This document shows, piece by piece, positions 45,504 through 55,392 of a stretch of DNA of 64,000 nt (the stretch's first letter is position 1; the number at the start of each line of letters is the position of its first letter). The notes beneath the pieces were generated by a model. It did no database searches and was not told where the DNA came from. It saw only the letters and a program-made list of their open reading frames with translations. The stretch spans positions 1,364,001 to 1,428,000 of the forward strand of contig JAUPSS010000002.1 in assembly GCA_040285825.1 (NCBI GenBank), written 5' to 3'. The position numbers were made by a program, and so were the translations under genes. This stretch comes from Eukaryota sp. TZLM1-RC (taxonomy: Eukaryota > Protista > Metamonada: BaSk clade).

Positions 45504-47121
45504 TGTTGCCTTAGGTTGCAAAAGTGGTTGAGATAAAGATGATTGACATAAAGTGCATGACATAAAGTTGATTTATTTTGCCCTTATTCTATTTAAGCCT
45601 AAAGGTGCCAACACTACTTCTTCCCTTTTTCAAAATTAATTAACTTTAAACTAATAACTAAACTATAAATATACAAAATACTAATAACTAAATTCTAATG
45701 TTTCCTGATGTCTACTATTATTTTCGCACTGGATTCACAAAAACACGGGTCTTACTTCTTGATAGTTGATGTATTATATCCCTTTAACAATAATGTAGAA
45801 TAAAGGAGTGAGCAATAACGTAAAAGAACTGGTTCCAAGATCCATGTGTTTGAATACTTTGTTGTATTAGCTTTAGTCGTTACATAATGACGTTCTGCTT
45901 TTTCCTTTTTTCGTAGACGAGTAACGTGGTAGTGTCGTTTAGTAAAGTTATTATGGAATCAAATAATGGATTCGCTAATAAATATGCAGGGTCTATGATG
46001 GACTGAAAACAACAGTAAACAAAGTAACAAAGTTCAAAAATCTGAAAGAGGCATCATTTGTTGTTAAAGTACTGCCTATCTACAAAAATTGTTAAAGTGG
46101 GAGGGTTAAAATACATCGTCGTTCCCATTCGCTGGAAGAGGCGAGCTCGATGACTGTACCTGTATCCCATTACTTAACCTTGACTTTTTTTTAAAAAGGA
46201 AGGGGGGAGGGAGCAACTTACGTATATCTGCCCTTGTAAATCATTATTGTTGGAGGTGGAGTTTGTATGTAATCGTAACCTCGAACATTGAGTGGGGGAG
46301 GAGGATTCTACACTGGAACCCTCGTAACCCGGTTTTTTTGTTGTCGTTTTGATGGAGGAGGGGTCTATACCCGTAGCCTCATTTCCAGTGTTTGAAATCC
46401 AACGTTTCTACCTCTCTTTTGGATTTGCTTCCATAAAGGAGGAAGCTGCTCAAACAAACAGTAATCTGTAGGTTCAAGGTGGACTTCCGCGTCCTTCATT
46501 ATCTGTTGGCGAAGCTCTTTCTCTTCGTCGTCCATTTCTTCTAAGACGGACTGAAGTTCTTCGTAGTCCTTTAGAGCAGACGAGGTATCTGAGCTTAACC
46601 CAACATTTTCTTTAGGTGAGGAGGGGGGTGGTCCCGTTCCTGAAACCTTATCTGGTTTGTTGGACATGGAAGAGGCGGGAGGTGGTTCCGTGCCTGGTTC
46701 CGTTATTTTTGATTTGGAAGAGGCGGGAGGTGGTTCCGTGCCTGGTTCCATATCTTTCTCATAAGGAGGGGCGGAGGGTGGTCTCGAGCCCGAGTCCTCT
46801 TCTTTATTTGACTCTTCAGTCCCTACTGATGTTGTATGTATGCTCAAAGCATCTCTGTCGTACTGTTGCATCTGTCTAATGTAAAAAATTTGGCTGGAGT
46901 CAGTGTCCTGGCGAGGAGAGACTGACATGATATCCGCTGAAGATATCCTCTGTTTGATAGCTGTGAGTTGTGTGAACGGTATACCTATAACCTAATACGG
47001 CCAATAATTATTGTTGCCTTAGGTTGCAAAAGTGGTTGAGATAAAGATGATTGACATAAAGTGCATGACATAAAGTTGATTTATTTTGCCCTTATTCTAT
47101 TTAAGCCTAAAGGCGCCAACA
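45504..47121 (-). mobile_element. Small non-autonomous LTR element (110-bp LTRs at 45504-45613 and 47012-47121)
   Basis: TG...CA LTRs with one mismatch, 4-bp TSD AATT, PPT next to 45613, no pol. Confidence 0.92.
46365..46928 (-). CDS. ORF inside the LTR element; acidic/proline-rich with EPGTEPPPASS repeats
   Basis: 187 aa starting ~80 bp after the 5' LTR. No recognisable gag motifs. Confidence 0.6.
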   Translation of the reverse strand: MSVSPRQDTDSSQIFYIRQMQQYDRDALSIHTTSVGTEESNKEEDSGSRPPSAPPYEKDMEPGTEPPPASSKSKITEPGTEPPPASSMSNKPDKVSGTGPPPSSPKENVGLSSDTSSALKDYEELQSVLEEMDDEEKELRQQIMKDAEVHLEPTDYCLFEQLPPLWKQIQKRGRNVGFQTLEMRLRV

Positions 47122-47620
47122 AATTGTAGTAATTAATATAAAAAAGAAACTAAATTAGTGTTTATTGACGTAATTTACATTAAAACAATAAATCAAAATC
47201 GGAAAGATATTGATCGAGAATATTACTAGGTATATCAATCAATTCAATAAATAGCTTAGCTCGATTCGAATTCAGCACGCAACTTTGTAATTCAATATTG
47301 AGGAATCTCGTCTGATATGTACAAATCAGTCACTCTGAAAAGAATTGTTCTTTCAATTAGGTTCATCATCAACCAAGCTCAAAATATATCAAAAAGAGTA
47401 TTAGGTTATTCCAATATCAACACACTTTAGTTATAGCAGTAGTGTCTTTTCTTGTGTGCAATTTATACATAACTTTGTGTAATAGCATTGTTTCTTAGTA
47501 TTCAACAACAATACTTATAATTGACATTAAAGAAACGAACAGGGATAAGGCTGATGTTGTATCATAATCATATTTGATTCTAAAATTGTATTCTTTTCTA
47601 AAAACACTTCAAGCTATACA

Positions 47621-47921
47621 ATGGTCTTTTATTCCTTCTTCAAGGCTCTTGTTGGTCACCCAGTAACAGTACATCTTAAGAATGATCTCTCTATATCAGG
47701 AGAACTGTGTGCGGTTGACCAGTTTCTCAATCTTCGTTTAGACAACATCTCCACATCGTCCACTGACAACTTTCCGATGCTGGTCCGTTCTTCACACTAA
47801 TTCATCGCAGGGCTCGCTCAACAACATATTTATAAGAGGATCTGTAGTGAAATTCATAAACTTACCCAAAGAACATGTAAATATCCCCCTACTTGAAGAT
47901 GCTACAAGAAGAGTAGTTTAG
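47621..47921 (+). CDS. LSM2: U6 snRNA-associated Sm-like protein LSm2; 28-nt intron at 47783-47810
   Basis: Spliced product MVFYSFFKALVGHPVTVHLKNDLSISG...VDQFLNLRL...FPML/GSLNNIFIRGSVVKFI...LLEDATRR is colinear with LSm2. Absent from the ORF track. Confidence 0.92.
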
Positions 47922-48277
47922 TTTGTAGAGGGCATCAATGTTGATTAAAAACAAGATGTTGATGAGTAAGTTCATTTGTTTATTCTAAAAAAATTTAAAA
48001 GTTTTGAAATAAAAAACTTAACAAAACAACCACATTGTTTCTCCATATAATTTCTTTTACAGTTTTTCTATTTTGCCGAGCCTGCTCATGCTTGAACCAG
48101 TGCAAACTCTATCACAACACAACATGATTATCTAACAATTCATCTACTTTGAGTGCCATTACTCTAGATGATGTTGGGCTAGCTGAGATTAGTGTGTTGA
48201 ACCGGGTTGAATTGAGTTGAACATGCTACAGTTTATTAAAAGATAATTAATTAAATGATAATATTATTTCTAAAACA

Positions 48278-49666
48278 CTAATATTCTAAACTCCTATCTA
48301 CAATATTAATTAAGCTCTTTCCTTCTTCACTAAATGAATTAATATTATCTACAACTGAATTAAAATACTCTACATTCCAAGCCGGTGAATCAGCCCTATG
48401 TGGAGAGAGAAGAACATTGGGAAGTGTATGGAAAGGCTGGGTATAAGGATAATACTTATCTGGTGAGAGCTCTGATGGATCAGATTCTTTCCAAAATACA
48501 TCAGTAGCAAAACCAGCTATTTGATTACTTGTCAAAGCTTGAAATAATGGAAGCTCTTGAATAATTGCCCCTCTACTTATATTCACAATAAAGCAACTCT
48601 TCAGCAGTTTTAAATGTCGTTTGCCAATCAAGTGCCTTGTTTCATTGGTTAGCGGCAAAGTTATGATTAAAGCATCAATACTGGAGAGAAACTCATCAAA
48701 CTGATTGATTGAATAGACCTTACCCCTATAATCAGTTCTGACAACATCGCTTCTCTTACAGACACAGACATTCACCTTCATATCAGTCAGCATCTCAACC
48801 ACCCTTCTTCCTATATGACCAAAACCAAGAACACCTATATTCATTGACCAAACAGACCTAGTTTCAAAGGAAACAATCTCTGAGGGAGTCTCTCCGTCTA
48901 TTGCGGAGGTTAGGTCATTCCACATACCCTTTGCTACGGCATTGTGGTTGTCCACCAAACGATGTGCTAGAGAAAAGAGCATTGATATAGCATGTTGAGC
49001 TACTGCATTGGAATTACCGTGATTGTTACACAAAACAACATCTGGAAAAGGAGCCATGAATTGAACCAGGTCCTCCACCCCTGCAAACACTGATTGAAAG
49101 AGTTTCAGGGTTGGGAGAGCTGAGGTAATGACTGTGTAGGGGGTGGTAGAAGGCAGCCCGACAATGATATTGGTCCCTAATGCTAGTCTTTTTAGTTCAG
49201 TTTCTATTGTTTTGGTATCAGTTTGATGGTTGATGGCTGAGATTTGGGCATCTGGGCAAGATGATCTGAGGTGGTGGAGAACTTGTCGAGGTAAGGGAAC
49301 GGTAATGAGTACTTTGACCTTGGATGAAGGAGAAAGAGGTGAGGAAGAGGGACTACCATATCGTTCAAGATTGCGAGGAACACTGGGGAGAAATGATCTG
49401 GGAGAAGAAGGGAGAGAAGACCTAGGAGAGGGAGATCGTTGCTCAGGTAACGAAACATCTAGTGATGAAATATGTGGTAGAGGAGAGGAAGTGTTTCGAG
49501 AGTGTTTGGAAGTAGGAGAATGTAAGAGAGGTACACCTGACGTAGTAGATATGGACCTTGGGGAAAGATCTAAATAAGCGGATCGCTGATATCTAGGGGA
49601 AAAGCACTCATGTTGGGTGGATGGCGGTGGTCGCATTGTACCATCGCCGAAGAAACTACTGACCAT
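48278..49666 (-). CDS. D-isomer-specific 2-hydroxyacid dehydrogenase with an S/P-rich N-terminal extension
   Basis: NSNAVAQHA, GFGHIG, LPLTNETRHLI, NISRGAII, ATDVF and LSPH motifs. Confidence 0.88.
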   Translation of the reverse strand: MVSSFFGDGTMRPPPSTQHECFSPRYQRSAYLDLSPRSISTTSGVPLLHSPTSKHSRNTSSPLPHISSLDVSLPEQRSPSPRSSLPSSPRSFLPSVPRNLERYGSPSSSPLSPSSKVKVLITVPLPRQVLHHLRSSCPDAQISAINHQTDTKTIETELKRLALGTNIIVGLPSTTPYTVITSALPTLKLFQSVFAGVEDLVQFMAPFPDVVLCNNHGNSNAVAQHAISMLFSLAHRLVDNHNAVAKGMWNDLTSAIDGETPSEIVSFETRSVWSMNIGVLGFGHIGRRVVEMLTDMKVNVCVCKRSDVVRTDYRGKVYSINQFDEFLSSIDALIITLPLTNETRHLIGKRHLKLLKSCFIVNISRGAIIQELPLFQALTSNQIAGFATDVFWKESDPSELSPDKYYPYTQPFHTLPNVLLSPHRADSPAWNVEYFNSVVDNINSFSEEGKSLINIVDRSLEY

Positions 49667-49894
49667 TCTCTTAGATGAACAATTGAATTGATAAAATCCC
49701 TGAAATGGAAAGGTATTCCATCTGTTGTTGTTGTATTAATATTGTTCACAGGATTGCGAATTGCAACTGCTATAGTCACTTATTTTACAAAACCAAGTTG
49801 TTTATTACACCTTCCATGAGGTTACAACTGTTCAGTTTCTAAACATCAATAAGCGAACTGATTTAGTTCAGGAACTAAGCTAACTTTCATTATA

Positions 49895-51063
49895 CTGTGA
49901 ATTTCACTTATCATGCATTCCCCTGTGAAATTCACTCCTGTTTTCAACTTTCTCAATGTCTACTCACAGGCTGTAAGAGACACGTAGCATCATTTACCAA
50001 AGACAATCATGATCTTCATCAATGGGCTACCTCACCTAAATACACCTACTGCTTTCACAGAACTAAGCCTTGCAACTTGATGTATCTAAGTGGATCTACC
50101 AAATGCTACTAAGGTATTTGTAGATCGGTCTCAAAAGTTTTTCAAAAAAAATTGAAATAAAATATCAGTTTTTCAAAAGTTTTTGTTTCTGTATGCTCAT
50201 AGTCCCCATTCATCATCTCAACAGAGCTTCTGGGCAAATGTATCTTTCCGGTCACAATTCCGCTTTCTTCTTTATTTGAATATTTTTTGCAGCGGAAATA
50301 TCTCTGTCATATACTATTTGACACTCAGTACAAATACGCATCTGCCATGAGCTTGCTTGAATATTCTCGGCCATGCAACAACTGAACAGTTTGCTTGTAT
50401 TAAATTCACTGGTTGACAAGTCCTTCACAACCATTTTCTGAAAGCTCTTGCTGATCCATATCGATTGACTTTTCGCCAATGAGAAGGGAAATTAGCAGAA
50501 CCCACAGCAAGATAGAGTTTATCAGGATGTCCAGCCAGCCTTTGAAATTTGTTGAGAGTCTCTCTGAACCGAGAGACCTGTCTTGTGGGCATTCTGGAAG
50601 AAATCCATTGTAAAAGATATGGAGTAATTGGCGTTGGCCTTTAGATGTGGAAGGCTTTGGAAATTAACCAGTGGTGATGACGGTCATAAACAGATACCAT
50701 ACATCCTGTTCCACTAAAGCTCTAGATGCCAACGGAAAATTTAGAAGAAAAGATTGAAGCAGTAAAGAAGCTTCATGACAAATCTCGGTGACCAAAGGAA
50801 GGTCAGTCCGAATTTGTTGCACCGCTGCAGGGGTCAGCGGCGAGTTAATTGCACAAGACCGAGTGAATACACGTGACACAGAGGGGGTGTCTGTCATGTA
50901 GTGAGAATAAACACAATAAACATCTCATCTATCAAATTTTACACTTGTCACCCCATTTTCGACTTCTGGTTGCCTGTTCTGGGAGGTTTTTAACCCTCAA
51001 CTTGGTTTTGGGAGGTTTTCACTATTCCCACACTTTCCCCTAAATTAGGTTCATAAACTAGGT
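49895..51063 (-). mobile_element. Fanzor F1 internal-deletion derivative: left end, ORF N-terminus (50897-~50575), ORF C-terminus (~50570-50210) and omegaRNA-like right end (50200-49895)
   Basis: FRETLNKFQRLAGHP...STSEFNTSKLFSCC...CTECQIVYDRDISAAKNI, homologous to 7636-8009; same 3' segment. Confidence 0.85.
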
Positions 51064-51098
51064 ATCCTTTGTAAAAGTTTCTGGAATTTCAACTCTAT

Positions 51099-51740
51099 GT
51101 GTCTCACAGAATTCGCTACATATCTAAAGGAAACTCAACTCTCTGGTCTCGCACAAAACGAATCAACCTTATTGGCTCTGTTGCACCTTCTGTTTCTTTA
51201 TTCTCATCTCCAACACCTGGTGTTCTCTCCCGATGTTTTCCTCCTCATGCTACTGGTAGAAAGAATTTCCAGTTACCCTTGTTCTCTAACATGGTTTCTT
51301 GTAGTGTAGGTGTTCATCATACATTGACACTCACTGCTTGTGGTAATTGCTATGGATTTGGTCTGAACAAATTCTACCAATTAGGCAACAACTACCCCCA
51401 AAGCAGCACTTTCAAATCTCAACAACCACAACTACTTCTCTCCAATGTTCTCTCCTATGCTCCTGGTGGACGTTATTCCCTTATCCTTACCTCTGATCAC
51501 AAGCTTTTTTCTTGTGGGAGAAACGACTTTGTCCAATGTGGAGTTGGTGATGAAACTTTGATGGCAACCTGTGATTATTCTTAGCTTAATGAACCAATAG
51601 GTCCTTTTCGCAGTGTTGTCATTCCTTCCTTGACTTTAGTTGACTCGACGGAAAATGTTAACATTGAGCTAAACGAACGAGAGCTGGAAGCCCTTTTCAA
51701 TACTGTTGAAGATATCTCTGTTCATTTAGACAATCTGTAA
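51099..51740 (+). pseudogene. RCC1-repeat fragment, followed in frame after a TAG (51582-51584) by a 51-aa COMM-like tail
   Basis: SVGVHHTL.LTACGNCYGFGLNKFYQLG and GGRYSL.LT....LFSCGRNDF.QCG.G repeats. Confidence 0.6.
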
Positions 51741-52004
51741 TAAAGCAAGTTATTTTGTAAATAAATAGTTGATGTTTTTTGTTGTTTATTTGAACATTAT
51801 TGGCATGTTATTATGCAAAGAAGCTCCTTAACTGTGTGTTCTAGGTTTTCTGTGTTTTATGTCTACACCATTAAGTAAAAGTTAATGGATAACAAAGTTA
51901 GATTTGACCTTCGCAAGGTCAAGGGCTCGTCGAGTAGGGCTACACTACTTTCATTTGTGATGTAAAGTATTAATTTTTCTTTTTAATTAATTAATTTTAT
52001 TCTA

Positions 52005-52250
52005 GGAAGAAACAAAACAAAACAAACTAAAATACATGAGAAACAAAATTCTCCACGGGAACTCTTGATGAATCCTGATACAGCTTGGACATCATTAAAT
52101 TTAAGTATTTAGGAACACTTCTGTACAAAGCAAAAAAGATACGATTCTTCCATAAATTCCCTGCAAAATTCTTACCACTTGAACGACATAAATTATCAAA
52201 ATCATTGAGAAAATTTAAGGCAGGCTGTCCAATGTTGCCAAAAATCGCAT
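52005..52250 (-). mobile_element. Family D retrotransposon 3' tip
   Basis: Reverse complement of 41810-42045. Confidence 0.85.
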
Positions 52251-52437
52251 CTGATTAAGTCAGAAACACAAAAAAGGGATTAGGTAGGGATTAGGTAGGG
52301 AAGGGAAAAGAAAAGGGATCAGTACACTCTTCCATAAAGGTATTCAACATAAAATTCAACCACAATAATAGAAAATGTTTTCTCCCACTTGTTAACCGCT
52401 TTTCCTTGACATAACATCATCTTGTTTCATCACATTA

Positions 52438-52884
52438 ATGACAAAACCTTCCTTCTCTAAACGATCTAAAGATGGAGCCAAACCAAAAGACAAAATACTA
52501 AGAACTCGTACAAAGGGACAGACACAGGAGGTTAAGTTCGACGAGAGCAGTAGGCGACAGTACGTTTCTGTTCGTTGTAGACAAAAAGCTAAAAATGAAC
52601 GCAGAAAGAAGGGCAAGGCCATTCATCAACAACGCATCAAGGACGAGATCCAAGCAGAAAAGAATGAACAAAGAGAGCAGATGAAGCTTCAGCTCCAGCA
52701 GTTTCAGGACCATGACTCTTGTAGTGAAGATGATACTGTTGAATCAGATGATGATACTTCCTCCGCAATGGTGCCTGTTAAGCCGCCTTCTTCCAAGAAG
52801 CCTATTGTCATTAAAAGTCTGCCTTCAATATCTAATGCTCTAAGCCTGGATGATATTAGCCCTATAAATCAAGAAGAAACTTAG
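52438..52884 (+). CDS. NOL12/Rrp17 (Nop25)-like ribosome biogenesis protein
   Basis: EVKFDESSRRQYVS...K.K.ERRKK matches the Nop25 N-terminal motif; acidic stretch follows. Confidence 0.65.
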   Translation: MTKPSFSKRSKDGAKPKDKILRTRTKGQTQEVKFDESSRRQYVSVRCRQKAKNERRKKGKAIHQQRIKDEIQAEKNEQREQMKLQLQQFQDHDSCSEDDTVESDDDTSSAMVPVKPPSSKKPIVIKSLPSISNALSLDDISPINQEET

Positions 52885-53039
52885 ATAGATGGCAATTGTT
52901 TAATTAGTTTTATTTAGTCATTTAACAGTAGAAAATGGTTTTAATATACACAAAGAAGCACATAAATATTCACAATACTTAAGTAATGAAAAATAATATT
53001 ACAGAATTAATTACACAAAAAGATTAAACACCCAATAAA

Positions 53040-53774
53040 CTATGAAGAATCATCAATAACATGCGTGAATCTGCTGATCATGCTATTGTCATCACTTTGC
53101 ACATCAGTATTGTACTCTAACCAGTAGAGCAAATTCTCACATAGATGTGACAGTACAGCGCATTCTTCATCAGAAAAATGTGAAACGGAAAACTTTCTTG
53201 CTGTGATCAAAGCAAATAAAGAAAGTAATCTTAATAAATGATGAACTCGAAGTTTTCTAATAATTGAATCAAAATCAGACTCTTCTCCAATAATAATTCG
53301 GAATTCATCAAAATTATCTCGTATTGGATAAAAAATCAGCTTTAAATGCTCCCTGAGTACAGATAGCAGGCAATCCCTGAAAGAGCAGACCAATGAAGTC
53401 CATTGATCTTTTTGAAATTGTTGTTCTTTAAGTGTGTTGGAAATAGGGTCTGACTTGACAAAAACTTTTAATATCTCATCAATATTGGGTCCCTGGACAA
53501 TGAGTTGAGTACATTCCATTGCTGCAAAGTAGTCAGCCTTTACTAGAATTTTGAGAGAGGGTGGGAAAGCTATAGGACTCTTTTGACCAAATAAAACCAA
53601 AGGGCGAGTTGACCTTTTAGGTGCACTGGAAGGATGGCTGGCAAATGGACTGGGTGCTGGTGTAGTTGTAGGTGTAGGTGTAGGTGATGGTCTAGGGATG
53701 CGTCTGGCAGTAGAATGAGATGACCTACGAGTTCTAGTGGAACTTCGTGTGACCCTAGATGATGACGAAGTCAT
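53040..53774 (-). CDS. MRG-domain protein (MRG15/Eaf3-like, no chromodomain)
   Basis: P.SLK.LV..DY...L...P.IDEIL...FY...HLLRL...L....L.WL fits the MRG fold. Confidence 0.65.
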   Translation of the reverse strand: MTSSSSRVTRSSTRTRRSSHSTARRIPRPSPTPTPTTTPAPSPFASHPSSAPKRSTRPLVLFGQKSPIAFPPSLKILVKADYFAAMECTQLIVQGPNIDEILKVFVKSDPISNTLKEQQFQKDQWTSLVCSFRDCLLSVLREHLKLIFYPIRDNFDEFRIIIGEESDFDSIIRKLRVHHLLRLLSLFALITARKFSVSHFSDEECAVLSHLCENLLYWLEYNTDVQSDDNSMISRFTHVIDDSS

Positions 53775-53799
53775 AAAAATGTAGGAGAGATTCTTCTCA

Positions 53800-54729
53800 T
53801 GGAAAAATCCAAAATGCTACAGATTCACTGTAGTAAAAGACTATAACTTGTAACAAATATGGAGGCTTCTCACCAACACTATCCTCTACAAAATAATCTA
53901 CAATTGTCTTGATTTTGATACGTGCTAACTTGTTACGATTCCATTCCTTATCCTTTCCATCATATTCTTCTCTACAAACATCAGATTGACATCTTAACAA
54001 AGCATGACATTTCACAGCAGGTTATTTCTCTCTCATTCATGGTCTAGGATTCTCAACATCAAGAAACACTTTTACTGGTTTATAACAAGTTGGACACTTT
54101 GAAGATATGTTTCTTTCATCAACTAAACATACTGTATAACCATTTCACTTAAAGAAATTTCTCCATCCAACTCCTCTACTTGATCGATGATGCTTTAGAT
54201 TCTTTATCTTATTGCCATTGTCACCAAACATTAGCATAGTGTCTTCTTGCTTCCATTGCTTCTCAGCCATTCTTTTTAATAACTTAGCCTCTGCTTTTGA
54301 TGATGGACATATCTTTGCATTTTCTGAATGTGCCATATCATTAAACAGTAGTAATAAAATGTAAATGTAATGTTTATCAGCTTGGAAGCAACATAAGAAT
54401 AGAAATTATTATAAATAAAAGATTTTGATGATTCTTTTGATAAAGTAGCTTCAGTTATTTCCACTTTGATTCCATTTTGTAAAATGTACTCTTTCTTTTT
54501 CAATTTTCTGAATTTTTGGTGAACTCTCGATACCCTTGACCACTCCAATTCTGTCAATCTCAGCCACTTATATCGTTTGTCTCTTTTTAGTTGGTCTTTT
54601 GCATTAAGTTTGAATCTTTTTTGACTACAAAAATATAGTAAATCACTTTTTCCACTTTTGCCTGTTGTGGCAGGTTTTTAACCCTCAACTCTCTTGTCCC
54701 TCACTTTTCCCTCACTTCATAAACTAGGT
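53800..54729 (-). pseudogene. Fanzor1 family F2 remnant (C-terminal half) with left-end sequence
   Basis: Joined frames: EATLSKESSKS...F.SY; MFGD...KHH.SSRGVGWR; VCLVDERNISSKCPTC; VENPRP; KCHALLRCQSDVC...WNRN..A...GEKPPYL. Confidence 0.85.
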
Positions 54730-54752
54730 TCTGGTTATATCGCAACAGAACC

Positions 54753-55392
54753 TTGAATATACCTCCTTGCACAACAAGTGTTTCTCTCTCAATGGACTCT
54801 CTTGTTTTGGTCTCTTGTGTGGTTTTTATGGATTGTCTTTTTCTCATTTATTCTTATTTCCCTCACTTACCTTCTTTTCCGAGCCTGAGGCCTCCCCCTG
54901 TACTCATTGTGCGTGTTTTTCTACTCTTTTTTCACTCTTTTTTTACCTTCTACCTGCAGTTAGTTCCCTTAAAACAATTGTTGGACTCGCCCTTAACTTC
55001 ACCACTCTCTTCCTATATGTCCATTTTTCTCCATCGTCAGCTCCTTCACAATCCAACTTTTCTCTTCTCTTAGACTCTGCCAAAATGGTTGATCAGAGTT
55101 GATCACATTGCCTCAATTACTTAAAGCTTGGAGTAAGTTGTCTATAAATTCAAAATTACCAGAGATTACCAGAGAATTGTTTGGAATTGTTTTGGTCAAA
55201 TTTCATTACCACATTAGTTCTAAAAATTTGATATTTCAGACTCTTACCTTTCTTTCCAGAATTTCATTGAAGTCTTCTTCTCGACATCTTTCTCTTTTGC
55301 GACAGTATTTAGTTGTTTCACTCCAAACAATTATTCATTCAATAGTAAGATGTTTGTCTTTTTTGTTTAAGGAATTGAGTTCAACTTTGTAA
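54753..55392 (+). pseudogene. Fragmented hydrophobic ORFs of unknown origin
   Basis: Overlapping short ORFs with TM-like composition; no motif recognised. Confidence 0.25.

Noticed and set aside
51868-51970. U5 loop-like CTTTTAC and U1-like ATACTT on the minus strand
   Set aside because: They do not match GCCTTTTAC or ATACTTACC, and no other snRNA hallmarks are present.
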